DNA from: Candidatus Auribacterota bacterium
GTDB taxonomy: Bacteria > Auribacterota > JAFGBW01
Direction: 5' to 3'
Length of the DNA stretch: 64,000 bases
NCBI GenBank assembly: GCA_016932965.1
Contig: JAFGBW010000039.1
Coordinates: 2,140-66,139 of the forward strand
Below the pieces are notes generated by a model. The model did no database searches. It had not been told where the DNA came from and saw only the letters and a program-made list of their open reading frames with translations. Below, in pieces: positions 55,366-64,000 of the stretch. How positions within the stretch are numbered: position 1 is the first letter of the stretch; each line of letters opens with the position of its first letter. The position numbers and the translations under genes are program-made.

Positions 55366-57290
55366 TGGAAAAAAGAAAAACGGTTTTTTTTATCCAGGTG
55401 AGTCGGGCTGTTCCCAATCAAAGAGGGATGCCATGCCTCATGATGGAATGGGTCGGCGGAGAGCCTGTTCTGGTTAAAATGTTAAAAAGACTCGTTTCAT
55501 CTGAAAAAACGGACGAGTGTTGTGTGGTTTGTTCTGATGCGTCGTGTGATGATATCATTGAACAAAAGTTGAAGGAGTCCTTTCCTGCCCATGAGTGTGT
55601 TTCCTGCATCCGTATAAAAGCCGGAACGGACGGAGCATTTACCGATGATCATTTGCGAAGGAACCCTTTTTATCCAGTCACTTTTTTGCCTCTCACAGGG
55701 CTTTATCATCTGGGCTGCTTTTTTCAGGTGTATGAAATGCGCCCTTTTGAAACAGCGATAATATGCTGGGCGGACATGATTCCTCTTATGAGCGGAGAAA
55801 CAGTGGATGAGTTGCTGGATCAGGCAAAAAACCGTCTTTGTTTTTATTCCTGGGGTGTTCATCTGCCTCCACTGGCTGTCATGCCCTATCAGGAAGTGAG
55901 AGAAAAATCCGAGGAGCTCCGTTCTGAAATCACTCAAAGCAGGCTGTTTCATCAAAAAAAAGACAGTGAGCGTTTTTTTTCGACTCTCTGGTCCGTCCTC
56001 GGTCTGATTCCCAAGGCGAGTTATATTTCTTCTTTTCAGCATTTATGGAGGGATTCTCCTGTTCTGAATCCGTTTTATTGTCTTCATACTCAGGAAGAAT
56101 GGCAGGAATTCAAACTGCTTTTCCCCTTATTGGAAGATGCGGCATCCCGTTTTTCCTCTTTGAAATCTTTTCTGGATAGTTTTTCCTCAGAATCTTGGGA
56201 AAAATCATGCTTGTTATTTGATGATGCTGTCAGAAAAAGTGAGGATGAAATGGGGATCAGGGCAACTCATTGGATTCAGGATATTGCCGAGGAGACGGGG
56301 GAGGAACATTATTTCATGTCAGTTACCGATTTTAAAAGATGTCTCGATTCCTTCTGCAGAGCTCCCGATCTTTTGACGTTGGGGAATTTTTATGAGCCTG
56401 TACGTCACCCTGATTTGCCGTTTTTTCTGGAAGAAGCAGGCAGGAAACATGTTCTTTCCGGCATCAAGACAAGCCATTTTTCTCTGTCAGAAAATGTGAT
56501 GCTGGATCTCATTTCAAAAGGACTGGGTTTCATTATCCTGGATCTGGATTTTTCTGCCAAAGAGGAGGACATGCATTCCTGCATTGAAAAACTACTCCGG
56601 TTGAAGTCTTCTAAACCTGAATTTTTGATTTATCTTCAAATCACTTTTTCTTTTGACCGGGAAGCATGGATCCGGAGTCTCTATGAGCTGTATGAATTCC
56701 GCGTGGATTCCATTGCGGTGCTTCCTTCAAAAAGCAGGAACCATTCCCCGGATTTAAATCCTTTGGATAAAAAGAAGGGATGCGGTTGGTCCCTGAATAC
56801 GGTTGTTTCCGGTGCCCGCGGGCAGATGTTTTTATGCGAAGAAAATTCCGGTGACAGTTGGGAGTTCACAAAAGAAAATCTCTCAGTCCTGTCAAAGTTG
56901 AGAGGATACCATAACGCCTGTATTTCCTGTTATAGAAAATTTCGGCATAATGGGAGTGGAGAGAGGGGATCAGAGCATGTTATGACCCGTCCCCATCCCG
57001 ACAAGGGGTTGCTTCTTTTAGCGTTAAAAAAGGACATGGAAAAACGGGCGGAAAAGGCGCTTGAAAATAACCATATTGACTCAGTTAGAATGTTTATCAG
57101 CTCCATGCTGGAGAAGCAGATCATTTGTTCTTCTTCTTTGTTGATCAAGTCTGCTGAATTGTTTTATCATGCCGGTCTGCCTGAAGAGGCTTTTTATTAT
57201 TTGGAGTTAGTTTTAAAACAAGATCCTTCCAGCGTAAAGGTTCATGCTTTGCTGGATCAATGGGAAAAAGAACAGACATTTTCGGGATGA
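55365..57290 (+). CDS. Hypothetical 641-aa protein (possible N-terminal nucleotidyltransferase-like fold, C-terminal TPR-like helix pair)
   Basis: Start overlaps the previous stop (TAATGG). The N-terminus FFIQVSRAVPNQRGMPCLMMEWVGGEPVLVKML is weakly reminiscent of cytidylyltransferase N-termini. No firm motif. Confidence 0.4.
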   Translation: MEKRKTVFFIQVSRAVPNQRGMPCLMMEWVGGEPVLVKMLKRLVSSEKTDECCVVCSDASCDDIIEQKLKESFPAHECVSCIRIKAGTDGAFTDDHLRRNPFYPVTFLPLTGLYHLGCFFQVYEMRPFETAIICWADMIPLMSGETVDELLDQAKNRLCFYSWGVHLPPLAVMPYQEVREKSEELRSEITQSRLFHQKKDSERFFSTLWSVLGLIPKASYISSFQHLWRDSPVLNPFYCLHTQEEWQEFKLLFPLLEDAASRFSSLKSFLDSFSSESWEKSCLLFDDAVRKSEDEMGIRATHWIQDIAEETGEEHYFMSVTDFKRCLDSFCRAPDLLTLGNFYEPVRHPDLPFFLEEAGRKHVLSGIKTSHFSLSENVMLDLISKGLGFIILDLDFSAKEEDMHSCIEKLLRLKSSKPEFLIYLQITFSFDREAWIRSLYELYEFRVDSIAVLPSKSRNHSPDLNPLDKKKGCGWSLNTVVSGARGQMFLCEENSGDSWEFTKENLSVLSKLRGYHNACISCYRKFRHNGSGERGSEHVMTRPHPDKGLLLLALKKDMEKRAEKALENNHIDSVRMFISSMLEKQIICSSSLLIKSAELFYHAGLPEEAFYYLELVLKQDPSSVKVHALLDQWEKEQTFSG

Positions 57291-57292
57291 TC

Positions 57293-58456
57293 ATGAAAAA
57301 ACGGATTGCAGTTTTAGGCAGCACGGGTTCCATCGGCAGGAGTACATTAGATGTAGTCCGGCATCAAAAGGATCTGTTTGAAGTGTTTGCTTTGACTGCG
57401 CACACCAATAGCGATATGTTGCTCAACCAGATAAACGAATTTCATCCCAAAGTGGCGGTTCTGACTTCCGATATGGCTGCTGAAGAAGTCAGAAAAAAAG
57501 CACCTCCTAACGTCAAAGTTTTATACGGGGAAGCGTGTCTGGAGGAGGTGGCTTCAGCGAAATCCGTTGATTTCGTGATGGCAGCGATGGTGGGATCTTC
57601 AGGTCTTCTCCCTTTTCTTGCCGCTTTAGAAAGTAAAAAACAGATCGGACTGGCTAACAAAGAAGTACTGGTTATGGCCGGAGAATATCTGCATTCGAAA
57701 TACCCCGGATTTTTAAAGCAGATCATGCCGGTAGATTCGGAACATTGTGCTATTTTTCAATGCCTTTTAAGCGGCAGGAAGGACGAGGTGGAAAGTTTGA
57801 TTCTGACTGCTTCAGGCGGTCCGTTCAGAAAGCGGAAGAATCTGAAATCTCTTACCGTGAAAGAGGCGTTGAAACACCCCAACTGGCAAATGGGGCGCAA
57901 GATCACGATTGATTCTTCCACTCTCATGAACAAGGGATTTGAAGTCATGGAAGCGAGATGGCTTTTTTCAGTTGCACTGAATCAGATAAAGGTCCTCATC
58001 CATCCCCAGAGCATCATTCATTCCATGGTTTGTTTCCAGGATGGTTCGGTTGTGGCTCAGATGGGGGTAACGGATATGAGGCTGCCTATTCAGTATGCCT
58101 TGAGTTATCCCAGGCGTTTGGCCAATTCATTTCCAAGACTGGAGTTGTCCAAAATAAAGAGCCTGACGTTCGAGAATCTGGATAGGAACAGATTTCCCTG
58201 TTTGCAATTCGCTTTCACGGCGCTGGAGAAAGGCGGCACATATCCCGCAGCGCTTAACGCTGCAAATGAAATAGCAGTAAGCAATTTTCTTGAAGGAAAT
58301 ATTTCTTATTGGGATATTGTGGAATGCAACCGTTATATTTTGGGACATCATCAGATGGAAGGTCCATTTGGTTTGGATTCGATCATGCGGGCTGACAAAA
58401 AAGCAAGACACAAAGCCCAAGAGTGGATTGCAAAGAGGTTCACCAGAAAGAAATGA
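57293..58456 (+). CDS. dxr: 1-deoxy-D-xylulose 5-phosphate reductoisomerase
   Basis: MKKRIAVLGSTGSIGRSTLDVV is the Dxr N-terminus. NKE, LPVDSEH and SIIHSM motifs present. The ORF track start at 57260 overlaps the upstream gene; 57293 preferred. Confidence 0.9.
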   Translation: MKKRIAVLGSTGSIGRSTLDVVRHQKDLFEVFALTAHTNSDMLLNQINEFHPKVAVLTSDMAAEEVRKKAPPNVKVLYGEACLEEVASAKSVDFVMAAMVGSSGLLPFLAALESKKQIGLANKEVLVMAGEYLHSKYPGFLKQIMPVDSEHCAIFQCLLSGRKDEVESLILTASGGPFRKRKNLKSLTVKEALKHPNWQMGRKITIDSSTLMNKGFEVMEARWLFSVALNQIKVLIHPQSIIHSMVCFQDGSVVAQMGVTDMRLPIQYALSYPRRLANSFPRLELSKIKSLTFENLDRNRFPCLQFAFTALEKGGTYPAALNAANEIAVSNFLEGNISYWDIVECNRYILGHHQMEGPFGLDSIMRADKKARHKAQEWIAKRFTRKK

Positions 58457-58560
58457 TAGCTTCGATTGGCAAAGGATAAGGATCGTTTGATGTAATTGAA
58501 CAAGTTAGAATCATGAATTGAGGATGATAATTATAACTCATTAGAGAAAGGATTTTTTTT

Positions 58561-58580
58561 AATTCTCAATTCTAAATTAT
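58561..58580. repeat. Heptamer copies AATTCTCAAT-TCTAAAT
   Basis: Same family, in the dxr-rseP spacer. Confidence 0.5.
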
Positions 58581-58593
58581 ATTATGGATAGTT

Positions 58594-59997
58594 ATGACAG
58601 TAGACTCATTTATTTTGTTTATCAATAAAATCCTTTTTTATCTTACCCACGCTGGTATTTTTCTGGCAACCTTAAGCATTTTAGTCCTTTTTCACGAATG
58701 GGGGCATTTTATTGTGGCCAGGTTTTTCGGAGTGAGGGTCCTTGAATTTGCCTTTGGCATGGGAAAATTGCTGTTTTCAAAAAAATACGGTGATACGTCT
58801 TATCAGTTCAGGATGGTTCCCATGGGGGGATACGTGAAACTAGCAGGGACAGAAGAAGATCTGGACAAGCCTGACTACCGTCCTCAAAAGGATGAATTTT
58901 ACGGAATTTCTCCGTCCCGAAGGATTGCTGTCGTGTTTGCAGGCCCAGCCATGAATTTAATTCTGGCCATGGTGGCGTTCTGGATCGGGATTTTTTTTAC
59001 AGGACAGGTTCTGACGAAACCCGTTATTGGATACCTGCCACCCAATTCCTCAGCATCCAAGGCGGGAATCCTCAGCGGAGATTTAATATTGAACGTGAAT
59101 GGAATCCCTATCGAGAGTTTGGAGCAAGCGGCTGAAATCATCGCGAAAAGTCCTGATCAAAAAGTGCGGCTGGAAGTGAGTGGTGCAAGCGGAAATAAAA
59201 ATTTTGAATTGATTCCGCAAGCCAAGGAAGAACAAGACCTATTAGGGGATCTCATCCGTTTCGGTGATATAGGACTTCATGGTTATCACCCTGCAGTGAT
59301 AGGGGCGGTATCACAGGATTCTCCTGCTGAAAAAGCAGGACTCCTGCCGCAAGACAGGATCGTTGAAGTTAACGGCGAGACTATTTCTTTCTGGGAGGAG
59401 CTGGTTGATCAGATATATAACAATCCAGGTAAAAGGCTTTCTATTTCGTGGGAAAGGGATGGTAAAAGGCATTCAGGGTTTGTGGTCCCGGAAGAGAAGG
59501 AGGTGAATCAATCGCCCGAGAAGAAAAAGAAGATAGGGCTGATCGGTATTTCCTTCCAAAAAGACGAGACGATGGTGTTTCATAAAAAAGTCTCTCCTAT
59601 TTCAGCCCTCGCACTCACATTAAGTCAATTACTGGATTACACTGTATTGACTTATCGCGCGTTGAGAAAAATGATTTTGGGTGCGGTCTCTAGGGACAGC
59701 GTCATGGGGCCGGTTCGTCTGGCAGGGATTGTCAGCAAAGTTGCAAGTACAGGTTTTTTCCCATGGCTCATGCTTTTGGGATTCATCAGCCTTCAACTGG
59801 CCATTTTCAATTTTCTTCCTTTTCCGGCTCTGGATGGCGGACAGGCTTTTTTCTTTATGCTTGAATTTATTTCCAGAAAACAGTTGGATGTCCGCTTTAT
59901 CAAAATGGTTGAAAGGATCAATCAGGTTGGATTTACTTTATTGATCGGACTGTTTGTTCTTATTATGATCAATGACGTCTCTTTATTAGGAAAATAA
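58594..59997 (+). CDS. rseP: RIP metalloprotease RseP (site-2 protease, M50) with PDZ domains
   Basis: HEWGHFIVARFFGV is the HExxH in TM1. Two PDZ-like segments. C-terminal LDGG motif (ALDGGQAFF). Confidence 0.85.
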   Translation: MTVDSFILFINKILFYLTHAGIFLATLSILVLFHEWGHFIVARFFGVRVLEFAFGMGKLLFSKKYGDTSYQFRMVPMGGYVKLAGTEEDLDKPDYRPQKDEFYGISPSRRIAVVFAGPAMNLILAMVAFWIGIFFTGQVLTKPVIGYLPPNSSASKAGILSGDLILNVNGIPIESLEQAAEIIAKSPDQKVRLEVSGASGNKNFELIPQAKEEQDLLGDLIRFGDIGLHGYHPAVIGAVSQDSPAEKAGLLPQDRIVEVNGETISFWEELVDQIYNNPGKRLSISWERDGKRHSGFVVPEEKEVNQSPEKKKKIGLIGISFQKDETMVFHKKVSPISALALTLSQLLDYTVLTYRALRKMILGAVSRDSVMGPVRLAGIVSKVASTGFFPWLMLLGFISLQLAIFNFLPFPALDGGQAFFFMLEFISRKQLDVRFIKMVERINQVGFTLLIGLFVLIMINDVSLLGK

Positions 59998-60002
59998 AAT
60001 CC

Positions 60003-61739
60003 ATGAGATGGAGTCAGACATTCATCCCAACTTTGAAGGAAGCCCCTAAAGATGCCGAAGCGGTTTCCCATCAGCTCATGCTCAGAGGCGGATTCATTCA
60101 ACCTCTTTCTTCAGGATTATACATTTATCTCCCATTGGGGAACAAAGTATTAGATAAAGTATCACGGGTGATTAGAGAGGTTCTGGGAGAATACGGAGCG
60201 ATCGAGCTTTCCATGCCGGCTTTGCAGCCCAAATCCATTTGGGAAAGAAGCGGCCGGTGGGAGACCATGCAGGATATCATGATGAAAATCAGGGACAGGG
60301 AGGAAAAGGAATTTATTTTAGGCCCTACTCATGAGGAAATCATCACCGATCTGGTTGCCAGACGGGTTTTTTCTTACCGTCAATTGCCCTTGAATTTTTA
60401 TCAGATACAAACCAAATTCAGAGATGAACTCCGGCCTCGTTTCGGGCTGGTCAGGGCCAAGGAATTCATCATGAAGGACGGGTACAGTTTTGATTTGTCC
60501 CCAGCAGGTGCTGAAATTTCATATCAGAAGATGTATGAGGCTTATTTCAAGATATTTCATCGCTGCGGAATGCCTGTGGAGGCGGTTCAGGCAGACACAG
60601 GCGCCATGGGGGATGGCGGCAAATCTCATGAATTTATTGTGCTGACACCAATCGGAGAAGATATGGTGGTCAAATGTTTTTCCTGCGGATATTCAGCTAA
60701 TCTAGAATTGGCGGAAAGAAAACCGAAGGGGGTTCCTGAAAAGCAGGAAGGAGACAAATCTCATGAACTGGTTCATACTCCAAATGCCAGAACGATAGAG
60801 GAGGTTTCCGCTTTTTTTAATGCCCAGGTCTGGAAATTCATTAAAACGCTGATTTACATAGCGGATGAAAATGAAAAGCTGGCTGTACTGATCCGGGGGG
60901 ATTACGAAGTCAATGAAATCAAGTTGAAACGGTATTTGAAATGTCAGCAGTTGAGGATGGCAACGCCTGGAGAAATCGAGAAAGCAACCGGGGCTTCAGT
61001 CGGATTTGCCGGGCCTGTTCAATTGAATCGAGCCTGCCGTTTGATAGCGGATCTCTCTCTTTCAACTCTCAGCCAGGCCATTACCGGAGCCAATAAGACG
61101 GACCATCATTATCAGCATGTGAATCCCGGGAGGGATTTCGAGATGAATGAGATGGCGGATATCGGTACGGCCATGGAAGGGGATGCTTGCGTTCGTTGCG
61201 GGTCTGCTTTGAATTTAAAGAGAGGAATCGAGGTGGGGCATGTATTTTTTCTGGGTGAAAAATATACCAGAAAGCTGGACGCCAAAGTGGTCATGCAGGA
61301 CGGAAACGAAAGCCATCTGGTAATGGGTTGTTACGGAATCGGGGTTTCCAGAATGCTTTCAGCCATCGTCGAATCCAATCACGATGGACAGGGCATCATC
61401 TGGCCAGTAAGTGTGTCTCCGTTTGAAGTGATCATCACGCCTGTTGATTTTTCAGATGAACGGACACGAGTGGAATCGTTGAGGATTTATGAAGCATTGA
61501 AGATTCAGAATGTGGACATCCTCCTTGATGACAGGGATGAACGGCCCGGCTTCAAGTTTAAGGACGCTGACTTGATAGGAATTCCGATAAAAGTAATCAT
61601 CGGTAAAAAAGGATTGGATAAAAACATCGTGGAAATCCTGTTGAGAAAGGACGGGACAAAAACGGAAGTTCCCCTGGATAAAGCCGTGCAAACCATTCTG
61701 GAAACAAAACGGCTTTGCTTGGAGAAGCTTAATGGCTGA
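60003..61739 (+). CDS. proS: Proline--tRNA ligase (bacterial type with editing domain)
   Basis: The N-terminus is typical of class II ProRS. Size 578 aa with an internal INS editing region. Conserved dxr-rseP-proS neighbourhood. Confidence 0.9.
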   Translation: MRWSQTFIPTLKEAPKDAEAVSHQLMLRGGFIQPLSSGLYIYLPLGNKVLDKVSRVIREVLGEYGAIELSMPALQPKSIWERSGRWETMQDIMMKIRDREEKEFILGPTHEEIITDLVARRVFSYRQLPLNFYQIQTKFRDELRPRFGLVRAKEFIMKDGYSFDLSPAGAEISYQKMYEAYFKIFHRCGMPVEAVQADTGAMGDGGKSHEFIVLTPIGEDMVVKCFSCGYSANLELAERKPKGVPEKQEGDKSHELVHTPNARTIEEVSAFFNAQVWKFIKTLIYIADENEKLAVLIRGDYEVNEIKLKRYLKCQQLRMATPGEIEKATGASVGFAGPVQLNRACRLIADLSLSTLSQAITGANKTDHHYQHVNPGRDFEMNEMADIGTAMEGDACVRCGSALNLKRGIEVGHVFFLGEKYTRKLDAKVVMQDGNESHLVMGCYGIGVSRMLSAIVESNHDGQGIIWPVSVSPFEVIITPVDFSDERTRVESLRIYEALKIQNVDILLDDRDERPGFKFKDADLIGIPIKVIIGKKGLDKNIVEILLRKDGTKTEVPLDKAVQTILETKRLCLEKLNG

Positions 61740-62958
61740 AGAGATGATCAGTCAAAGAGCAAGGCTTTGCACTCTCATCAATGGATATGAAGGGTATACC
61801 AGCCCTTCCTTTCGGATTAAATCCTATGAAACATATCATAAATTTCTTTTTGATAAAATCACGCTGATTCAGAATTATCTGGAGAAAAAATACGAGGAAT
61901 TCGTTCAGGAATCCTCCTACGCCTTTTTGTTCCCTTTGTCTGAAGTAATCAAGCTTTTTTCCGAGTGTAAGAAGAATCTGGAATGGGACCGGAGGAATGT
62001 CATTTTATTTCTGGAGGAATTCCGTTTGGATTCAGGGAGGGAAAAGAATCTGTATGAAATTGATTTCCTCCTTTTAAAAACCATCGGCTTGATCGTGGAT
62101 AAGATCAGCAATTTTCAGGCGGTAATGGAAAATAACCTCTCTTCATTAAATGAATTGGCTAATGCCTTACGGAGCCTTCTGATTAAAAGAAAAGAAATTT
62201 TTTTTCAGATCAATGAGGAAATCAAAAACATTCATGAACAGCTTTCTGTTTCTATTCGTGATATCAGGGAAAAAAATACGACGGTAAAGACTTATGACAA
62301 AATCGAACAGGTGCTGGATCAATATCCTGAACGAATCATGTCTTACCGGGATCTGATGTATTGTTTTCGCGACAGCGTGGCTCAGTTTTTGAATGTAAAC
62401 GAGACTACTCCTTTACCCAGTCTCATCTCGGACGCAATCCTGTTTTTGGAAAAATATGAATCTTTTTATATTCGATTGATTCGATTCCTTGAATCTTTTG
62501 AATCCAGTTCTCCCGAGGAAGACTTCTGTGTCAATGACTTGCGGGAGAAAATCAAATATATTCCGGATTTTCAAAGGGAAAAAACGATTCTAGCTTCCAT
62601 TTTGAAAAAAGTGGAGCATAAAAGCGACCGTCTGAAAAAGGCCGGAATTGTTCTGGGTAAAGCAGCGGAATTCTGTTCGTACGGGATTGACTTGGAGGAC
62701 ATGATGGATTTTGATGCGGCGATTGAATTTTATTACAGTGCTTTGAAACACGACTCCAAATCCATCGAAGCCATGGAAGGGATCCAGAGATGCCAGAGGA
62801 AAAAATCCCAACTGTCTGATTTTTTAAAGGCGAACCGTTTCTTTGCCCAGGGGGAATTAGATAAAGCGGCCTCACTTTATGGTAAAATTCTTCAAAAAGT
62901 TCCTGAATTTGAAAAAGCAAAAAAAATGATGGGATATCTGAACGCGATCAAAGGATAA
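61732..62958 (+). CDS. Hypothetical protein with C-terminal TPR-like repeats
   Basis: 408 aa. The start overlaps the proS stop. C-terminal AIEFYYSALKHDSKSIEAMEG...AASLYGKILQKVPEFEKA is TPR-like. Confidence 0.4.
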   Translation: MAEEMISQRARLCTLINGYEGYTSPSFRIKSYETYHKFLFDKITLIQNYLEKKYEEFVQESSYAFLFPLSEVIKLFSECKKNLEWDRRNVILFLEEFRLDSGREKNLYEIDFLLLKTIGLIVDKISNFQAVMENNLSSLNELANALRSLLIKRKEIFFQINEEIKNIHEQLSVSIRDIREKNTTVKTYDKIEQVLDQYPERIMSYRDLMYCFRDSVAQFLNVNETTPLPSLISDAILFLEKYESFYIRLIRFLESFESSSPEEDFCVNDLREKIKYIPDFQREKTILASILKKVEHKSDRLKKAGIVLGKAAEFCSYGIDLEDMMDFDAAIEFYYSALKHDSKSIEAMEGIQRCQRKKSQLSDFLKANRFFAQGELDKAASLYGKILQKVPEFEKAKKMMGYLNAIKG

Positions 62959-62960
62959 CG

Positions 62961-63767
62961 ATGAATCAGGCGCCTATTGGGATTTTTGATTCAGATATTG
63001 GGGGATTGAGTGTGGTTCATGAGTTTCAGAATCTCTGTCCTCGGGAAAAAATTCTGTATTTTGCCGACACGGCAAATTATCCTTATGGCACCAAAAACCC
63101 GGATGAAGTATTGAAATGCTTTAGACATGCCATGTCTTTTTTTGCCAACAATGGGATCAAAGCGGTGCTGGTCGCCTGTTCCACTGCTTCGGCTGTGGCA
63201 TTCCCGTATTTCAAGGACTATCCTGGCATGGAGATTGTCGGGATGCTGAATGATCATCTGCTTTATGTAGTGTCTCATCTGGCGCGGAGCCATGATGTGG
63301 GTATCATTGCCACGGAATTGACGGTAAAGTCCCAGGCGTTTGACCGGTTTTTAAACGGTCATTCTTCCCGCTTTCGCATTCATAGCGAGTCCGGCACTGA
63401 ATTGGTTTCTGCTATCACAAAAGGGGATATGTCCGATCAGGTGATTTTCCCTATTTTGCGTTCCCTTTTAAAGAATTTTAACCTTCAGAAACTGGGTTGT
63501 TTGATCATTGGCTGCACCCATTTCTATCATATTAGGGATTCATTAAAGACCCTCTTAGGAGAAGTGCCTTTGATAGAACCTTCCCGAATCGCTTCTTTAT
63601 ATCTCCAGAGCCGTTTGGAAGAAAACGGAAATTTGTCCTCGAGCCCTCAGAAGGGGCAAGTCGTATGCAGGGTTTCACGAGATATGGAAGATTTTAAAAA
63701 AAGGGTTGAAAATCTGGAGGTCAGTCAGGGAAAGCATTACATAGATGTTTATGATGTTTATGAATAA
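62961..63767 (+). CDS. murI: Glutamate racemase
   Basis: IGIFDSDIGGLSVV...YFADTANYPYGTK...VLVACSTAS...IIGCTHF are the MurI signatures with the two catalytic Cys. Confidence 0.85.
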   Translation: MNQAPIGIFDSDIGGLSVVHEFQNLCPREKILYFADTANYPYGTKNPDEVLKCFRHAMSFFANNGIKAVLVACSTASAVAFPYFKDYPGMEIVGMLNDHLLYVVSHLARSHDVGIIATELTVKSQAFDRFLNGHSSRFRIHSESGTELVSAITKGDMSDQVIFPILRSLLKNFNLQKLGCLIIGCTHFYHIRDSLKTLLGEVPLIEPSRIASLYLQSRLEENGNLSSSPQKGQVVCRVSRDMEDFKKRVENLEVSQGKHYIDVYDVYE

Positions 63768-63769
63768 AA

Positions 63770-63797
63770 GGAAGGGGCTTCCTTTTTTATTCTTTTT
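63770..63797. terminator. Hairpin AAGGAAG-GGG-CTTCCTT followed by TTTTATT, with an A-run on the opposite side
   Basis: 7-bp perfect stem directly after the murI stop. Possibly bidirectional. A minus-strand ORF entering from the window end reads through it, so the call is uncertain. Confidence 0.4.
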
Positions 63798-64000
63798 CAT
63801 CCGAATGGGCAGCGGGGGGGGCTTCTGTAGCCATCGTATTTTCGGCTTCGGACTGCTCAAGAGGGATGTCCGGTAATTCAGTTTCTTTATCATTAAATTC
63901 CATGGCGTTGATTTCCTTCAGCAAGCTGAGACGCTGGAACTCAAATTTCGCAAGATGATAATAGGGAAGGCCATAGAGCTCGTGTATGATGGCATTTTTG

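Noticed and set aside
1-64000. A scan of all non-coding spacers for tRNA, tmRNA, RNase P, SRP RNA, rRNA fragments, IS inverted repeats and integrase/transposase ORFs.
   Set aside because: No GTTCGAATC-type T-loops were found, and no conserved RNase P, SRP or tmRNA boxes. No ORF resembled a DDE transposase, tyrosine recombinase or serine recombinase. A covariance-model search (Infernal/Rfam, tRNAscan) would be needed to exclude small RNAs.
63675-64000. A minus-strand ORF enters from the window end (…KNAIIHELYGLPYYHLAKFEFQRLSLLKEINAMEFNDKETELPDIPLEQSEAEN…). It continues through the murI terminator hairpin and overlaps the murI 3' end.
   Set aside because: It is probably a real C-terminal gene fragment ending near 63800, but there is no in-frame stop until 63675. 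Its true end and its identity cannot be resolved from about 70 codons. It is not listed as a feature.

Overview
This 64 kb window looks like a mostly housekeeping stretch of a Gram-negative, probably anaerobic bacterial chromosome. The single-chain pyruvate:ferredoxin oxidoreductase, the RseP/Dxr/ProS block, the ArnD-like gene and the outer-membrane beta-barrel support that reading. GC looks to be roughly 45%. Coding density is high on both strands, and about 55 CDS are supportable: coaBC (5' partial), nadD, rpe, murA, treZ-like, mscS-like, recD-like, PFOR, cysS, glmS, pyrE, rpsI-rplM, tyrA, pyrC-like, dxr-rseP-proS and murI. I found no rRNA, tRNA, CRISPR, IS element or integrase.

Against this background, several things stand out.

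- **Glucan phosphorylation module (37.1-44.0 kb).** This block is AT-richer than its flanks. It carries an alpha-glucan,water-dikinase (GWD)-like protein of 1116 aa, with a phosphohistidine domain followed by a PEP-synthase-type nucleotide-binding domain. The next gene is a HAD-phosphatase-like protein that shares a roughly 100-aa carbohydrate-binding-module-like domain with the dikinase. Together they look like a bacterial reversible glucan phosphorylation module, reminiscent of plant starch GWD/phosphatase. The block is preceded by a twin sigma-region-4-like HTH protein driven by near-consensus sigma70 promoters.
- **Kinase-deaminase fusion (33.65-36.73 kb).** A P-loop kinase fused to a dCMP-deaminase has the architecture of AvcD/DcdV nucleotide-depletion antiphage proteins. 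It is translationally coupled to a divergent phosphohexomutase.
- **Repeat family 1.** An intergenic element, TTTGACAGATAC...TCACCACGAAGAACACGAGGGG, occurs at 31.46 kb and 36.77 kb. The second copy has an 18-bp perfect inverted partner 98 bp away.
- **Repeat family 2.** Tandem heptamers TYTYAAT occur in at least five intergenic spacers.
- **Other gene pairs.** A Ser/Thr kinase is paired with an NHL propeller, a HEAT-repeat protein with HD-GYP, and a BatA-like VWA protein with DUF58 but no MoxR. There is an HTH-EIIA(Ntr) fusion and a second PtsN-like gene.

All functional calls come from motif-level reading of the translations. No database searches were run.
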